From Eledone cirrhosa (Eukaryota), in the NCBI GenBank assembly GCA_964016885.1, contig OZ024754.1:27962001-28026000 (forward strand): DNA of 64,000 bases, in the 5' to 3' direction. Within the stretch, counting starts at the first letter, position 1, and every line of letters starts with the position of its first letter. Below the pieces are notes generated by a model, which did not search any database, was not told the DNA's origin, and saw only the letters and a list, made by a program, of their open reading frames with translations. A program made the position numbers and the translations under genes. This document shows positions 30,591 through 45,067 of this stretch, in pieces.

Positions 30591-30779
30591 TCTATCTTTA
30601 TTTACTAGTGTGTGTTTATATGTGTTTGTTTTTTATTGTACTTGTGTATATATTTATTTATTTATTTATATTTCCCTAAGTCAGTATTGTTTGTTTAGGT
30701 ATGGTTGTTGTTATTCCATTCGTTTTCTCTTTTTAACTTTGGTCTTCTAAGCTCTATTTCACTTGCTTATCTGATTTGC

Positions 30780-31190
30780 CTACCTGTTGAGTCATTTCTA
30801 TGTTGTCTATATTACCGTCATGTCTTTGTCTGGCGTGTTCGTATAGTACTGAACCGTTTTTTTTTTTTGTTCTTTTAATTCCCCCCAGTGTTGGTCTATT
30901 CTTTCTCCTATGCTTCGAGCTGTCTCACCTATGTATGTCGTTGTCATGTTTCTGCAAGTACCCTCTGTACATCTTATGCTATAGACTACATTTTTAGTTT
31001 TACAGTTTATCTGGGGGTTCAATTTACATATAACACATTTCTTATTAGTACGGTAGGTTTTCTTAAAATGGGTATGTTTTGCTAATCATGGATTTTATGG
31101 TAGTCCCTGGCTTTTCTACCACTTTAATCTTTAAGTGGGTCTTTCTTAGGGCCTTTCTACATTGGTTAGCTAATTTTCTCCCAGGAATAA
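30780..31190 (-). mobile_element. Penelope-like GIY-YIG fragment of another family
   Basis: INCKTKNVVYSIRC...YIGETARSIGERIDQH. Confidence 0.8.
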
Positions 31191-31243
31191 CATCCACGAA
31201 CATGACACTCTGGTATCTGTAGTTGTCGTACCATGAAGTGGTA

Positions 31244-31682
31244 CCACCACTACCACCACTACCATCACTAACAATATACTACACCACCGCTACCATTACT
31301 ACATTACACCATCACTACCACCACAACCACCACTACCACCACTACCACCACTAACCATATACTACACCACCACTACCACCACTACCATCACTACCACCAC
31401 TACCACCACTACTACCACTACCACCACTACCATCACTACCATCACTAACCATATACTACACCAGCACTACCACCACTACCATCCCTACCGCCACTACCAC
31501 CACTACCACCACTACCACCACCACCACCACCACCACTACCACCACTACCATCACTACTCCGATTACCACCATTACCACCACTACCGTTACTGCACTACAC
31601 CGCCACTACCACCAGTACCATCATTTATACCACACCAAACCGTATTTTAAACAAAACAGCAACAACAACAATAACGCAACCG

Positions 31683-31712
<30 letters not shown>
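31244..31712. repeat. (ACCACT)n then (CAA)n simple repeats
   Basis: Seen directly. Confidence 0.9.
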
Positions 31713-31713
<1 letters not shown>

Positions 31714-32039
31714 ACAGTCTCATGACTTGTACTTTATTTAACTAATTTATTTTATGTATTTTCTTCATTATTATGGGTTTTTTTAGAATGTATGTTAGGA
31801 TTTCTAAAAAATGAATGGATGTATATAAGAGAAAATAAGAAAAATAAAGTGTGTAGAGCTTTAAATATTTTCAAAGCAGATTTTTTTTACTTTCTTCGTG
31901 GTAGGTCTGTATATAAAAGGTCAAATTTGTAATACAAGTGGGTTACTATTGTTTGTTTCATCGGCTCTAGATCGATATCGATGTATATAGGACATTACAT
32001 GGTATACCTGCACATCTATATGTATATATGAAGGTTGTA

Positions 32040-32352
32040 ACTCGATTTCGAGTAATGCCATCGCTTGATACTTAAGCATAAGCATCATGGACATGGCTAT
32101 TTAGTCCTGCTAGGGACTTGCCTATGGCCAGCAATGCCATGCATTGCAAAAAAATGTCACATATCAAACGATTCCAGTGCTTGAAGCTTCTTTAAGTGAG
32201 GAAAGGCTTTTCACGAGGCCAATCCCATTCTCTGAACATCGAAAGCAGTTGCCCAAAAAGAAGAACTGATCTACATCATTGGATGCAAACGAAGTCACAG
32301 GTTTTATATCAGAGTGGCCTTCTCCTAGAGAGATGTCTTAATGAAGTCTAGG
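32040..32352 (-). mobile_element. Older diverged relative of the (ATGT)n-tailed element
   Basis: Shares aaaaagaagaac..catcattggat..ttatatcagagt..ccttctcctaga with 27775-27850. Confidence 0.55.
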
Positions 32353-32809
32353 AGTCTCTCTCTGCCCCCCCCCCCCCTCCTCCCCCAAAATATACATATA
32401 TACATATATACATGCATGAATACAGATATACATACATATATGAATATATATGTATACACATATATGCGTGAAAATATCATAAGGAACACCATAGAGAAAT
32501 ACAATTCAAAGGCAAGTTTGTCGCCCGTATATCACCTTAAAATCGATCATCAAAATGGACGCAGGCCTCAAAGGAACGGAACTACGTGTAGCAATGGTCA
32601 ACCGAGGACTCTGGAGCTCGAACTTCGTCAATGCCTCACCACCGCCTCAAGGCTTCGGATGACTGAAGAAAACGAAGAAGTCAAACCTATCAACCAATAC
32701 AATTAATCGTTTTGATGTGGCGTTGTTGCTACTGCTGTCGCTACGGTTTCAATACGCAAGCGATTCTATTAGATTAGTTTCTTATTCAATCATGTTCACC
32801 TTTTAATTT

Positions 32810-33180
32810 CAGTGGTTTGGCAGTATCGGTAGAGCGTCAGACACCATGTTTTGCAGCATAGTTATGGCCCTTTGCGTTCTGAGTTCAAATCCGCCGAGGT
32901 TAACTTTGCCTTTCATCCTTACGAGGTCGATAAAATAAAGTACCAGTGGTGCACTGGGGTAATCGCTGGCCTTGTGCCAAAAGTAAAAACCAAGGGCAGT
33001 GGATTGGCAGTATCGGTAGAGAGTCGGATGCCATACTTAGCAGCAAAGAATTACGGCCCTTTATGTCTGAGTTCAAATCCCGCCGAGGTTAACTTTACCT
33101 TTCATCCTTACGGGGTCGATAAAGTACCAGTAATACACTGAATAATTGCTGGCCTTGTGTTTAAAGTAGAAACAATTTTA
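32810..33180 (+). mobile_element. Head-to-tail dimer of SINE A (32810-32990, 32994-33180)
   Basis: Two consecutive copies. Confidence 0.8.
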
Positions 33181-33306
33181 TTTTAATTCACCTTTTTATT
33201 TTTATTTCTTTGAAGTGTAATTGTTTCCTATTAACTTTTCTAATCTAAGTAACTGGAAACCTTACCAAGAAGTATTCTTATTCAATAAACTGCTGGGGCA
33301 TGTATG

Positions 33307-33347
<41 letters not shown>

Positions 33348-33675
33348 GTATGTATACATATATATATATATAAACAATATATATATGTGTGTGTGTGTCT
33401 CTCTCTCTCTCTCTGTCTGTTTGTGTGTGTCTGTGTCTGTATGTGTGTGTGTGTGTCTGTATGTGTGTGTGTGTGTGTGCGTGTGTGTGCGTGTGTGTGT
33501 GAGGGTATGTATACATATATATATATATATATATAAACAATATATATGTAGATATATATATAATTAGAGAATCTCATGAATCACTTCCATTGACAGTCAA
33601 ACAACCACACTCGCAACAACAACAACCATTATTCACATTCTCTCCTATCTCATTATTTCTCCATCCATCCAGTTC

Positions 33676-33712
<37 letters not shown>

Positions 33713-33728
33713 AAGTGTGTAGGTGAAT

Positions 33729-34103
33729 GTAATCACCTCCCCCACCTCGGTCCCCACCCCAGCACCACTCTATATATATGTGTGTGTGTGTGTGTGTGTA
33801 ATCACCACCCCCACCTTGGTCCCCACCCCAGCACCACTCTATATATGTGGGTGTGTGTGTGTATGTGTGTGTGTGTGTGTAATCACCTCCCCCATCTCGA
33901 TCCCCACCCCAGCACCACTCTATATATGTGTGTGTGTGTGTGTGTGTATGTGTGTGTGCGCGTGTGTGTGTGTGTGTGTGTAATCACCACCCCCACCTCG
34001 GTCCCCACCCCACCACCACTCTATATATGTGTGTGTGTGCGTGTATGTGTGTGAGTGTGTGTGTAATCACCACCCCACCTCGGTCCCCACCCCACCACTA
34101 CTC

Positions 34104-34145
<42 letters not shown>

Positions 34146-34249
34146 CACCCCCCCCCCCACCTCGGTCCCCTCCCCACCACTACTCTATATATGTGTGTGT
34201 GTGTGTGTGTGTAATCAACACCCCACCTCGGTCCCCTCCCCACCACTAC

Positions 34250-34284
<35 letters not shown>

Positions 34285-34468
34285 AATCAACACCCCCACC
34301 TCGGTCCCCTCCCCACCACTACTCTATATATATATGTGTGTGTGTGAGTGTGTGTGTAATCACCACCCCCACCTCGGTCCCCTCCCCACCACTACTCTAT
34401 ATATATATGTGTGTGTGTGAGTGTGTGTGTAATCACCACCCCCACCTCGGTCCCCTCCCCACCACTAC

Positions 34469-34503
<35 letters not shown>

Positions 34504-34543
34504 AATCAACACCCCCACCTCGGTCCCCTCCCCACCACTACTC

Positions 34544-34576
<33 letters not shown>

Positions 34577-34615
34577 AATCAACACCCCACCTCGGTCCCC
34601 TCCCCACCACTACTC

Positions 34616-34648
<33 letters not shown>

Positions 34649-34689
34649 AATCAACACCCCCACCTCGGTCCCCTCCCCACCACTACTCC
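33729..34689. repeat. Composite minisatellite, about 13 units
   Basis: gtaatcaccacccccacctcggtcccctccccaccactactc + (TA)n(TG)n. Confidence 0.9.
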
Positions 34690-34859
34690 AATCATTTCAT
34701 CAATTTCTCTGTTCAATCACAGACTTCACACTCCACAGTGGCTTTGCCTGATACTATCGATTATCTCCAGATGAACTTCACTTCCAAAGTATCACATAGT
34801 TGTGGATTATCGATTTCTGCTTTGATTGCGCAGTTTCACAATGGCGCTCAAGTAAATTA

Positions 34860-35452
34860 ATACACACACGCATACAGACACACACACACGCATTCATACA
34901 CATACACACACACGCATTCATACACATACACACACACACATTTATACACAGACACATACACGCATTCATACACACGCATTCATACACATACACACATACA
35001 TACACACGCATTCATACACATACACACACAGACACACACACGCATTCATACACATACACACACACATTAATACACATACACAGACACATACACGCATTCA
35101 TACACATACACACACACGCATTCATACACATACACACATACATACACACGCATTCATACACATACACACATTCATACACATATACGCTTTCCCATATGCT
35201 ACCACATAAGTGTGCATGCACATAGAGACACACACACACACACATATGCTCTCACACATGCTATGGTACATAACATTGCACATACACACACATATACATA
35301 CGCATACACACACACACATACACACAAACGATAAGGAGATACACAATTCATAGTTACTAAATATACCTATATATATATATGTGTGGATGTGTGTGGATGT
35401 GTGTGGATGTGTGTGGATGTGTGTGTGGATATGTGTGTCCATGTGTGTGTAT

Positions 35453-35504
<52 letters not shown>

Positions 35505-35920
35505 ATGTGTGTGTGGATGTGTGGGTGGGTGGGTGTGGATGTGTGTGTGTGGGGGAGGGGGGGGGTTTCTGTGTGGATGCGTATGTGTGTGTGTGGATGT
35601 ATGTGTGGATGTGTGTGTGTGTGTGTGTATGTGTGTGTGTGTATGGATGTGTGTGTGTGTGTGTGTGTGTGGATATATGTGTGTGTGTGTGTGCGTGTGT
35701 GTGGATATATATGTGTGTGTGTGTGTGGATATATGTGTGGATGTGTGTGGGGGGATGTGTGTGTGTGTGTGGATATATGTGTGGATGTGTGTGTGGATAT
35801 GTGTGTCTGTGTGGATGTATGTGTGTGTGTGGATGTGTGTGTGGATGTATGTGTGGATGTGTGTATGGATGTGTGTGTATGTGTGTGTATGTGTGTGTGG
35901 ATGTGTGTGTGTGTGTATGT
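34860..35920. repeat. Compound (CA)/(TG)/GGATGT microsatellite block; representative of many such tracts (e.g. 5041-5690, 16770-17635, 19255-19830, 44380-44935)
   Basis: Seen directly. Confidence 0.95.
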
Positions 35921-36091
35921 AGTAAAGGAAAGTTATCAAAGAGAAGAGAAGACAACGAACGAAATGAAGGCAAAACGAAAAAAAAACAATTTTTTGAAAG
36001 GGAAAATATAAACGAAAGTCACAGAACACCAGGGTCTTCGGCCGTTGAGATGGACTTTGGCAGTTTCGACCCCTACCTATATATATGTGAG

Positions 36092-36122
<31 letters not shown>

Positions 36123-36734
36123 CTGTGTATATATGTGTGTGTGTATACAAACCCACAAAAACACACACACAACACACAGACACACAGACACACACACAAA
36201 CACACACAGAAACATACACAAACATACATACAGTTTCGATTGTGAGTGTTCCAGTTATTTTCATCAACTGAACAGCCAGCTCATGAAATTAACGTGCAAG
36301 TGGCTGAGCATTCCACAAACACGTGTACTCTTAACGTAATTCTTAATGAGATTCATTGTGGTACAGTGTGTGGAAAGGTGGCACCATTGAATTCAAGACC
36401 ATCCGAGGGCCTCCAAACGGTTTTCGTCTATCCACTTTCACTCACAAAGCATGAGTCCTTGCGAGGCTATGAGAAATAAACAAGATCCTACGCAGTGGAA
36501 GCGAACCCCGGATCCTTAGGATAGTAACTTGTTAACCGTTTGGTTATGTTGTGTACACATACATGAATGCACTAACATGCACGGGTACACATATATAGCC
36601 ACGCACCTACGCACACTGTATGTATGTATATATATTCTCATTTTTTCAATGAAGTCACTTTGACGAATCAAAGAAGGAAAAAAAAAGAAAAACATATCCT
36701 TAAATATATTTTCCGACTATTTCCAATTTCACCT

Positions 36735-36888
<154 letters not shown>

Positions 36889-37031
36889 GATAAATCTCAT
36901 TTTTGTACATAGATCTGTTAAATATACATGCCAATTCTAACACATATATATCCCAGAAACGATCGTTAAATAATGAACTTTTTTTGTTTAATATAAGGAA
37001 CTGTTTCATTGTTTTATTCATTATTTTTTTA

Positions 37032-37095
<64 letters not shown>

Positions 37096-37311
37096 GTAAA
37101 CAAAAATAACAACTCAATAGGTATAGTATACGGAATGATATATACATATATATGTGTGTGTGCGTATGCGTATGTGTTTGTGTGGTTGAGATAGAAAGGC
37201 TATGTAATATATATACATATCTATCGATAAAAAGAAAATACACCTACATAGATTATAAACTTATACATAGGTACATATCGATGTATGTGTGTGTATATAT
37301 ATATATATATA

Positions 37312-38224
37312 TCTAAGGATTTACAGAAACCCATGAAGCTAGATTTAACACCTGTCTAATGGGTCCGGGTATGATTTTACATTCATTTAAATTATTGACG
37401 TATTGTTTTATTGATATTTTTTATCTGTTTGTCCCGAATCTTCCTTTATCGATTTTTTATCGTATGGTTGATTGTAGACTTGTTCTATATGTGACGGTAT
37501 TTTAACGATAGTTATAGCTCTGATTCATCTGAATTATTGAGCCCTCTGCCGCTCATGTCGAATCTCGTTTATCGTGAACTCGTGCGCCGATTTTTCGATA
37601 CTCGATCTTTCTAATATATTTAGCTCTGGACATAGCTATCCACCAGTTAATTTTATTGCTCATTTTTTGTCGATTCTATTGAGTGATGAATAGCTTTTGT
37701 TTTATTTTAACATGTCTATTGAGCACTCTAATTCGATATGTGTATTTCCACATTCACTCGAATTGTTTTCGCGGATATAGGGGTTATCTCCCTTGTCTAA
37801 TGCCATGTGCGTTTTTCACTGGTAGTTAGCTCCTCTACCGCCAGGAAAAAAGCTCGTTGAGAAAGTAAAACTCCGTTCCGCTTGCTCTAGTAGGCTTTTA
37901 TATTTATATGTGAGCTGATAGAGTACAGTCTAAGGATTTACAGAAACCCATGAAGCTAGATTTAACACCTGTCTAGTGGGTCCGGGTATGATTTTACATT
38001 CATTTAAATTATTGACGTATTGTTTTATTGATATTTTTTATCTGTTTGTCCCGAATCTTCCTTTATCGATTTTTTATCGTATGGTTGATTGTAGACTTGT
38101 TCTATATGTGACGGTATTTTAACGATAGTTATAGCTCTGATTCATCTGAATTATTGAGCCCTCTGCCGCTCATGTCGAATCTCGTTTATCGTGAACTCGT
38201 GCGCCGATTTTTCGATACTCGATC

Positions 38225-38236
<12 letters not shown>
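37312..38236 (+). repeat. About 307-bp near-identical direct repeats (37312-37619, 37929-38236) around a unique middle, inside (TA)n
   Basis: Period 617 bp; I found one substitution by eye (ctaatggg vs ctagtggg). Confidence 0.9.
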
Positions 38237-38273
<37 letters not shown>

Positions 38274-38477
38274 AGTACAGCATATTCGAAGTTCGATCAG
38301 CAGCTAAGCCAACGAATGCCTTCAGCAGTGCAGCCAAGCACTCGACAAGGTATAAAACTCAGAGTAATAACATACAGTTTAAAGGGCTTTGCAAATTGAA
38401 AATAGCGACCGCTAATTCAGCCGCGTGATCTGTAGCAACGAAAGAGCTGACTAGTGAGAAAAGGAAATACGCACACA

Positions 38478-38540
<63 letters not shown>

Positions 38541-38662
38541 TTATATATAGAGACAGATAAACATGCTTATACACGTATGTATATATATAAATAAATATAC
38601 ATATATACATATATAAATTCATACATACATACATACATACATACATACATACATACATACAT

Positions 38663-41600
38663 TCCATCAGTCAACGCGATCAGTCGCATATTTTGGCGTG
38701 GGAGACTATTTATTAAATTTAAGATGAATACTATCTCCGACAGTAATGCCACAACTACAGCCAGGTTGAATAACTGGTTATTCTTCTAACTATCCCTTCT
38801 GAAGACACCTTTTATTCGAATTCGTAGAGATATCCGACTAAATACATAATTCATTTTACAAGGATTTGCTACAAACAGCATGGCTGAACACAATATCAAC
38901 AAGAAAATTAAGGAAGTATCGAAGACAAATAACAAAGAAGGTAATCAAACTTTATTCAGTTGTAGCTACAGAAGAAACCGAAATTATAAATCGCATTTCT
39001 CTTGGAGTTACGAACTTAATAATGATTTATTTAATTGTTATAAAATGGCAAAAAACAATCCCTCCATTCGCTATATGAATAGAATGAAGCTACACTGGGA
39101 CGAAATGCACCCAGAGCTAAATTATTTCACAGCGAAATAATTACGCCAACAAGCGACGTTTGTTGAACGTAAAAATAAGATAAATATTATTAATTGTAAG
39201 TCCCCCACAACAAACACGGAATCAACAACACGTGCTACAGATCGCCATGCTACTAGACTTCCTAGCAGCCAGGTCGAACAGCGCCTTGAAACAACTATGC
39301 CTGTAAGAAACTTGACACCACCTGTACCATCTAAGTCTACCTCGAATGCTGGGGAAAACACTATCGATAATAATAATAATCGAAGAAATAATAATAATAA
39401 TCGAATAAATGTGACACCACGTATACCATCCGAGTCTACCTCGACTGTTGTGGAAAATACTATCGATAATTGTTTCTACTATTAGACAAGGCCAGAAAAT
39501 ACCTAGTACATTACTGGTACTTTATTTTATCGACCCCGTAAGGATATCGATAATGATAATCAAAAGTATAAACAATTGAAAATTTCCCTCAACGAAATCT
39601 TCCAGAGAGAAATTAACTTATGTATAAATATCTCTCTGGCTGAACGTGTTAAAATGACAATGGTGAATAAAAAACCAAATAATGAAATACTACGTGTTAT
39701 TGACGAAATAGGGGATGAATATTTACGACGGATAAAAAAACCCAACATTTTGGCAAATCAACGCCTGTTTATATGCCTTAGCAATGACAGTGAAGCATTA
39801 TCTTGGTGATAGCAGAGATATTAACAAGAACAAAACACCACCAAAAATACCATAACTAAAACAGAAAAAAAGAGTGCTGACCTACGAAAAAACATAGGAC
39901 ATGTGATAATGCTCCTTACATGCAAACAAACACAAAAAAACCTCACTCCTCACCAACAAAGAGTGAAAAATAAAATAGAGACGATGTTTGGTAACAGTAG
40001 AACCAGAACTCTCCAATATAAGCTGATCACCCTCAAACAAGAATTGAGAGCTGTTAGCGAAAAACGCCGATACCTGAAGAAGGTAGATGAGAGAAAAATG
40101 CTTAATAAAAGATTCAGACGAAACCAAACATCAGTCTATAGAGATATCAAGGGCAAAATAATAAGTGTCACTGAGGCCCCATCCCAGAAAGACATAGATT
40201 CCTTTTGGAGAAAAATATGGGGTGAAAAGAAGAATTTCAACCAAGATGCAGTGTGGCTAAGAGAAATCCGAAAGAACTATTGCTCCTACACTACAACAAA
40301 AACATACGAAATAAGTGAGGGTACCCATGAGACTGTGATAGGAAAACTCCAAGATAAGAAAACACCAGGAAGAGACATGATTGTCGGCTACTGGTACAAA
40401 AACTAATATTCTATCGGAGGTATCTTACTGACCTCTACCAACAAGTTCTTAAGGGAAATACACTTATACCAGAATGGTTGACATTAGCACAAACGTTACT
40501 GGTCCCCAAGAACAAAGAGACCCACTTGGCAAAAAACTACCGACCCATTGCATGCCAGAACCTGATATATAAGATGTATACAGCCTGCCTCAACCTATTC
40601 CTCCAAGATCACTGTGAAAATAATAACATCATCACAGATGAACAAGCAGCTGGAAAGAAAAGGGTTTGGGGATGTGCTGAACAACTCCTAATCAACAAAA
40701 CTGCGATGTCGGAGGTGCGACAACTTAGGAGGAATATGACTACAGTCTGGCTGGACTACAAGAAAGCTTTCGATTCTTTTCCCCACTCTTGGATGATAGA
40801 GGCCCTCCAACTTGCTGAAGTCCCAGACATTATTGTCAGAGCCATAGAGAGGCTGTCTTCTTCTTGGGCTACTATCTAAGGTTAAAGACAGAGAGGGAGG
40901 ACTCTATTTTCACTGATAAAATAAAATATTGCAGGAGTATATTTCAGGGGGACAGTTTCTCTGTGATATTGTTCATCTTGTCATTAAACCCCTTGTCCTT
41001 TCTGCTCAAGAAATGTGAGGGATACATCATTGGCTCACAGGACAGAAATACGAACCTAACCCATAACTTCTTTGTGGACGATCTGAAACTCTATGCCAAG
41101 AACATGGAAAAATCTTGACCTGGTTACAACGTTCTCAAAGGATATAGGAATGGAGTTTGGCCAAGATAAATGCTCATACATGACAGTAAAGCGGGGAAAA
41201 ACAACAACCCAATCTAGCAACATTGTCATCAATGGTCTAACTGTTTCACCTATATCTGATGAGGACTGCTACAGATACCTGGAGATAGATGAGAACATAT
41301 CCTATAATGGTATCTGTAATAAAGAACGCGTAACCAGGGAATATTACACCCGATTAAGAAAGATCTGGTCATCGGAACTCTCTGCGCAAAACAAAACAGT
41401 GGCTCACAATGTGTTTGCTGTGCCTGTCCTAACACCAACGTTTGGAATACTCAATTGGACGAAATCCGAGCAGTTGATGTTGGAACTCGAAAAATACAGA
41501 ACAACACCGGAAACTTCCACATCAACAGTGACATAGACCGCCTTTACATGAAACGTAAGCAGGGAAGCAGAGGCCTAACATCAGCCCAGACAACATTTGA

Positions 41601-42815
41601 ATGTCGCATCATATCTCTCCGACAACATCTACGAACCTCAAAGCGTAGGAGCCCGCTTCTCGAGCAAGTCTATCTGCATGAAACAGATAAGATCATGAGA
41701 GTTGGGAAGGAACTCCTTGAGAGATATTCCCTGTGTGATAATCAAAAGCTCACACCCAGGGATGTCGCTCAGCAGTATCGCAGTGAATCCATGGATGAAA
41801 AGCTGCATGCCTCTCAGCAAAAAATCATGCATGGATATGTTGCCAGGAAGCTCCAGAGTGAGAGTAATATAAATAAGGAAAGTAGTCTATCGTGGACCAA
41901 CAACCGCTATATTGGCTCCCACTTTGAAGGATACGCTTTTGCAATCCAAGAACAGGAGATTAGCACGAAATACCTGATTCACAAAAGAGATAGGGATGCA
42001 GGCAAAACACCTAGATGTGATAACAAGTGCAGACTCTGCAGAACTAACATCGAGGATATCACCCATGTCATCAGCAGCTGTCTAAAGATATCATCGCGGT
42101 ACTATCTACCTATGAGGCATGATGTAGTGGCCAAAACACTGTACAATGCAGTTCGTAAAAAAGATAGCCCCGATAATAAACACATTAAAAGCTACAACAA
42201 TGTGGAAGACATCCATGTACATAATATGAAAGAGTTCCAGTAAAAACCCCAATAAAATGCAGGCATAACAGACCAGATATTATGATATGGGACAGGGAGA
42301 AGAAAACATGCACAATAGTGGAAATTAGCTGCCCAGCAGATACCAATATAATATCAAAGATTAGTGAAAAGGAGAATATTTATGCAGAACTGATGAGAAA
42401 TCTGCAGATACTCCACCCTGATTACCCCTTCAGATTTATGCCTGTGATTATTGGGGCACTGGGATATGTTAGTAACTGCCTCAATACAAATCTTGAGAAG
42501 CTAGGCTTCACAGGAACAGAAAGAACACAACAAGTTAGGAAATTACAAGTACAATCCATTAATGGAACAGTAAAAATATGTAAAACATTCCAAAAATTTT
42601 GCATCTAATAACTGCATATTCACATGTACACATACAACTCAAAACATACACATCCACACATACAATAACATCCATATCTACACATGCATGCATGCAGACT
42701 TACATATCTACCTAGTTGATGTTGTGTAAATTCCAATGAGAGAGTCTTGTGTCTATGTTAGAAACCGACTCTCTCTCTATTGGTAAAACTTTGTGAAATT
42801 ATAAAACCAGAAGAA
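38663..42815 (+). mobile_element. Apparently full-length but disrupted R4/Dong-clade RLE LINE, copy 2
   Basis: 5' UTR, ATG at 38880 with Myb-like N-terminus (WSYELNNDL..CY..YMNRMK..W), RT motifs (WLDYKKAFDS, FFVDDLKLY), CRLC..H..C zinc knuckle, RHD, RPDI..D..EISCP endonuclease; (CATA)n on both sides. Confidence 0.92.
39471..39544 (-). mobile_element. 5'-truncated SINE A nested in R4 LINE, 10-bp target-site duplication
   Basis: TATCGATAAT at 39461-39470 and 39545-39554; absent from LINE copy 1 near 8190. Confidence 0.85.
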
Positions 42816-42908
42816 CATACATACATACATACATACATACATACATACATACATACAGAAATACATACATACATACATACATACATACATACATACATAC
42901 ATACATAC

Positions 42909-43648
42909 TTGAGTATCTCTATGCAATACAGGAACAAGAACTCCCTACCAAATATCTGATGCACAAAAGAGGAGGGCCAGCAGCTGACAATAAATGTAGG
43001 CTATGTAAAACAAAGATCGAGGATGTAAGCCACATTGTTGCCAGCTGCGAAAGAATGTCATCTCGCTACTACCTCCCCATGAGACACGATGGGATAGCTA
43101 GAACCATCTGGAACGCACTTCGGAAAACAAAATTAACAACAAACGAGGAAGAATATATTGAGACAGATGGCACTAAGGAATACTGGTGGAACCTGAAAAT
43201 AAAAACTGCCACCAAATTAAAGCACAACCGGCCTGATATTGTAGTTTGGGACCACACATTGAAAACGTGTTCTGTTGTGGAGATCAGCTGCCCACTTGAT
43301 GTAAACGTTGTCAGAAAAATACAGGAGAAGGAGGACATCTACGGACCATTGATGAGGAGTTTACAAATCCAGTATCCAAGATACACCTTTAGCTTCATAC
43401 CCATCATTATTGGTGCTACGGGTTATATACCAACCCGCTTGGACCAAAGTATGACTGAACTTGGATTTGTGGACAAAAAGCGCAGCTCCCTAATTCATAG
43501 TCTACAAATGGCTGCGATAGCTGGCACCTTCAAAATTTGCAAAACATTCTTGCGATTCAAGGGATGACAATTTCTTTTCTTTTACAACCTTGCCACCAGG
43601 AAGGTGGCCGGTCAAAAAAATATACTCGAAATTAAGAGAAAGAGAAAA
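42909..43648 (+). mobile_element. 5'-truncated RLE LINE of a second R4/Dong family (endonuclease end only)
   Basis: ORF 42959-43567: CRLCKTKIEDVSHIVASC, MRHD, HNRPDIVVWD, VEISCP; different 3' UTR from copy 2; bounded by (CATA)n. Confidence 0.9.
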
Positions 43649-43659
43649 CATACATACAT

Positions 43660-43961
43660 GGTGGCTGCCAACGCGTTTTTGAGTACGGCCACTACTTTAT
43701 ATCCATGTAGGAGAACCACTACCGATGCGCTGAACGAGTGTGACTTTTTAGTCCAGCCAGCGACTTGAAAACTCTGGTACAAACACTACACTTGTGACAA
43801 TTATTCTCACATAGTGCTGGGCCCATGGTACCATGTGACGACAAGTGCAGAGAGATCTCCAGATATAAAGAAATGCCTGTGTCGTGAAGCTATTATAGTG
43901 AGCAAAGACTCTGCACAAAGCCAGTCCCACTCTCTTAACCAAGATATTTACCAAAAAGAAG
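43660..43961 (-). mobile_element. Non-autonomous RTE-like element, truncated copy
   Basis: Same sequence as 27479 copy, inside (CATA)n. Confidence 0.75.
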
Positions 43962-44405
43962 TACATACATACATACATACATACATACATACATACATAC
44001 ATACATACATACATACATACATACATTTGCTGTATGTGATGGTGCATATTTCTATGTCCACCTCCAAGACGTAATATATCTTACCATTTACCACGTACAT
44101 ATATATCCATGTTTGAAGTGGTTTTTTGCATGTTCTCATTACTACCATAAATGTCTCCGGTTCTCCACTGATTGCCTCTTTGAGAAACACCAAATAATGC
44201 CATTCTACATCTATAAATTTACTTTAATACAGCAAATAATCCAACTACACCATAACTACTGCCAATTGTCTTTCTTTCATCTTCAAATATACAACATTAT
44301 AACTATCACATTTACTCTGGCTTCGTCCCTTCCTCCCTCCCTCCCTCTCTCTTTTTCTCTCTCTCTATCTATCTATCTATATATATATATATATATATAT
44401 CCCTA

Positions 44406-44458
<53 letters not shown>

Positions 44459-44581
44459 GATTATATATGTATTATTGAACACACATGCCAAAAAAAGCTT
44501 GGATAGAGAAAGAGAGGGAAGGAGGGACGAAGCCAGAGTAAATGTGATTGGTGTAATGTCGTATATATATATATGTATGTG

Positions 44582-44625
<44 letters not shown>

Positions 44626-44639
44626 TAAGTATGCATACG

Positions 44640-44916
<277 letters not shown>

Positions 44917-45067
44917 ACACACACACACATATATATTTACAATATGTACGTATAGGTTATATCGAACATTAATACTAATCTTCGATTCGTCTGTAAACAA
45001 ACGAGCCCGATTTGAAGCTGTGCCGGTGACCGATCGTCACCTGTTTGTTCAACACTGGCTTTGAGGA

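Noticed and set aside
33729-34689. CRISPR-like repeat-spacer appearance (also 47552-47789)
   Set aside because: Intervening sequence is simple repeat or absent, there are no cas genes, and the context is eukaryotic.
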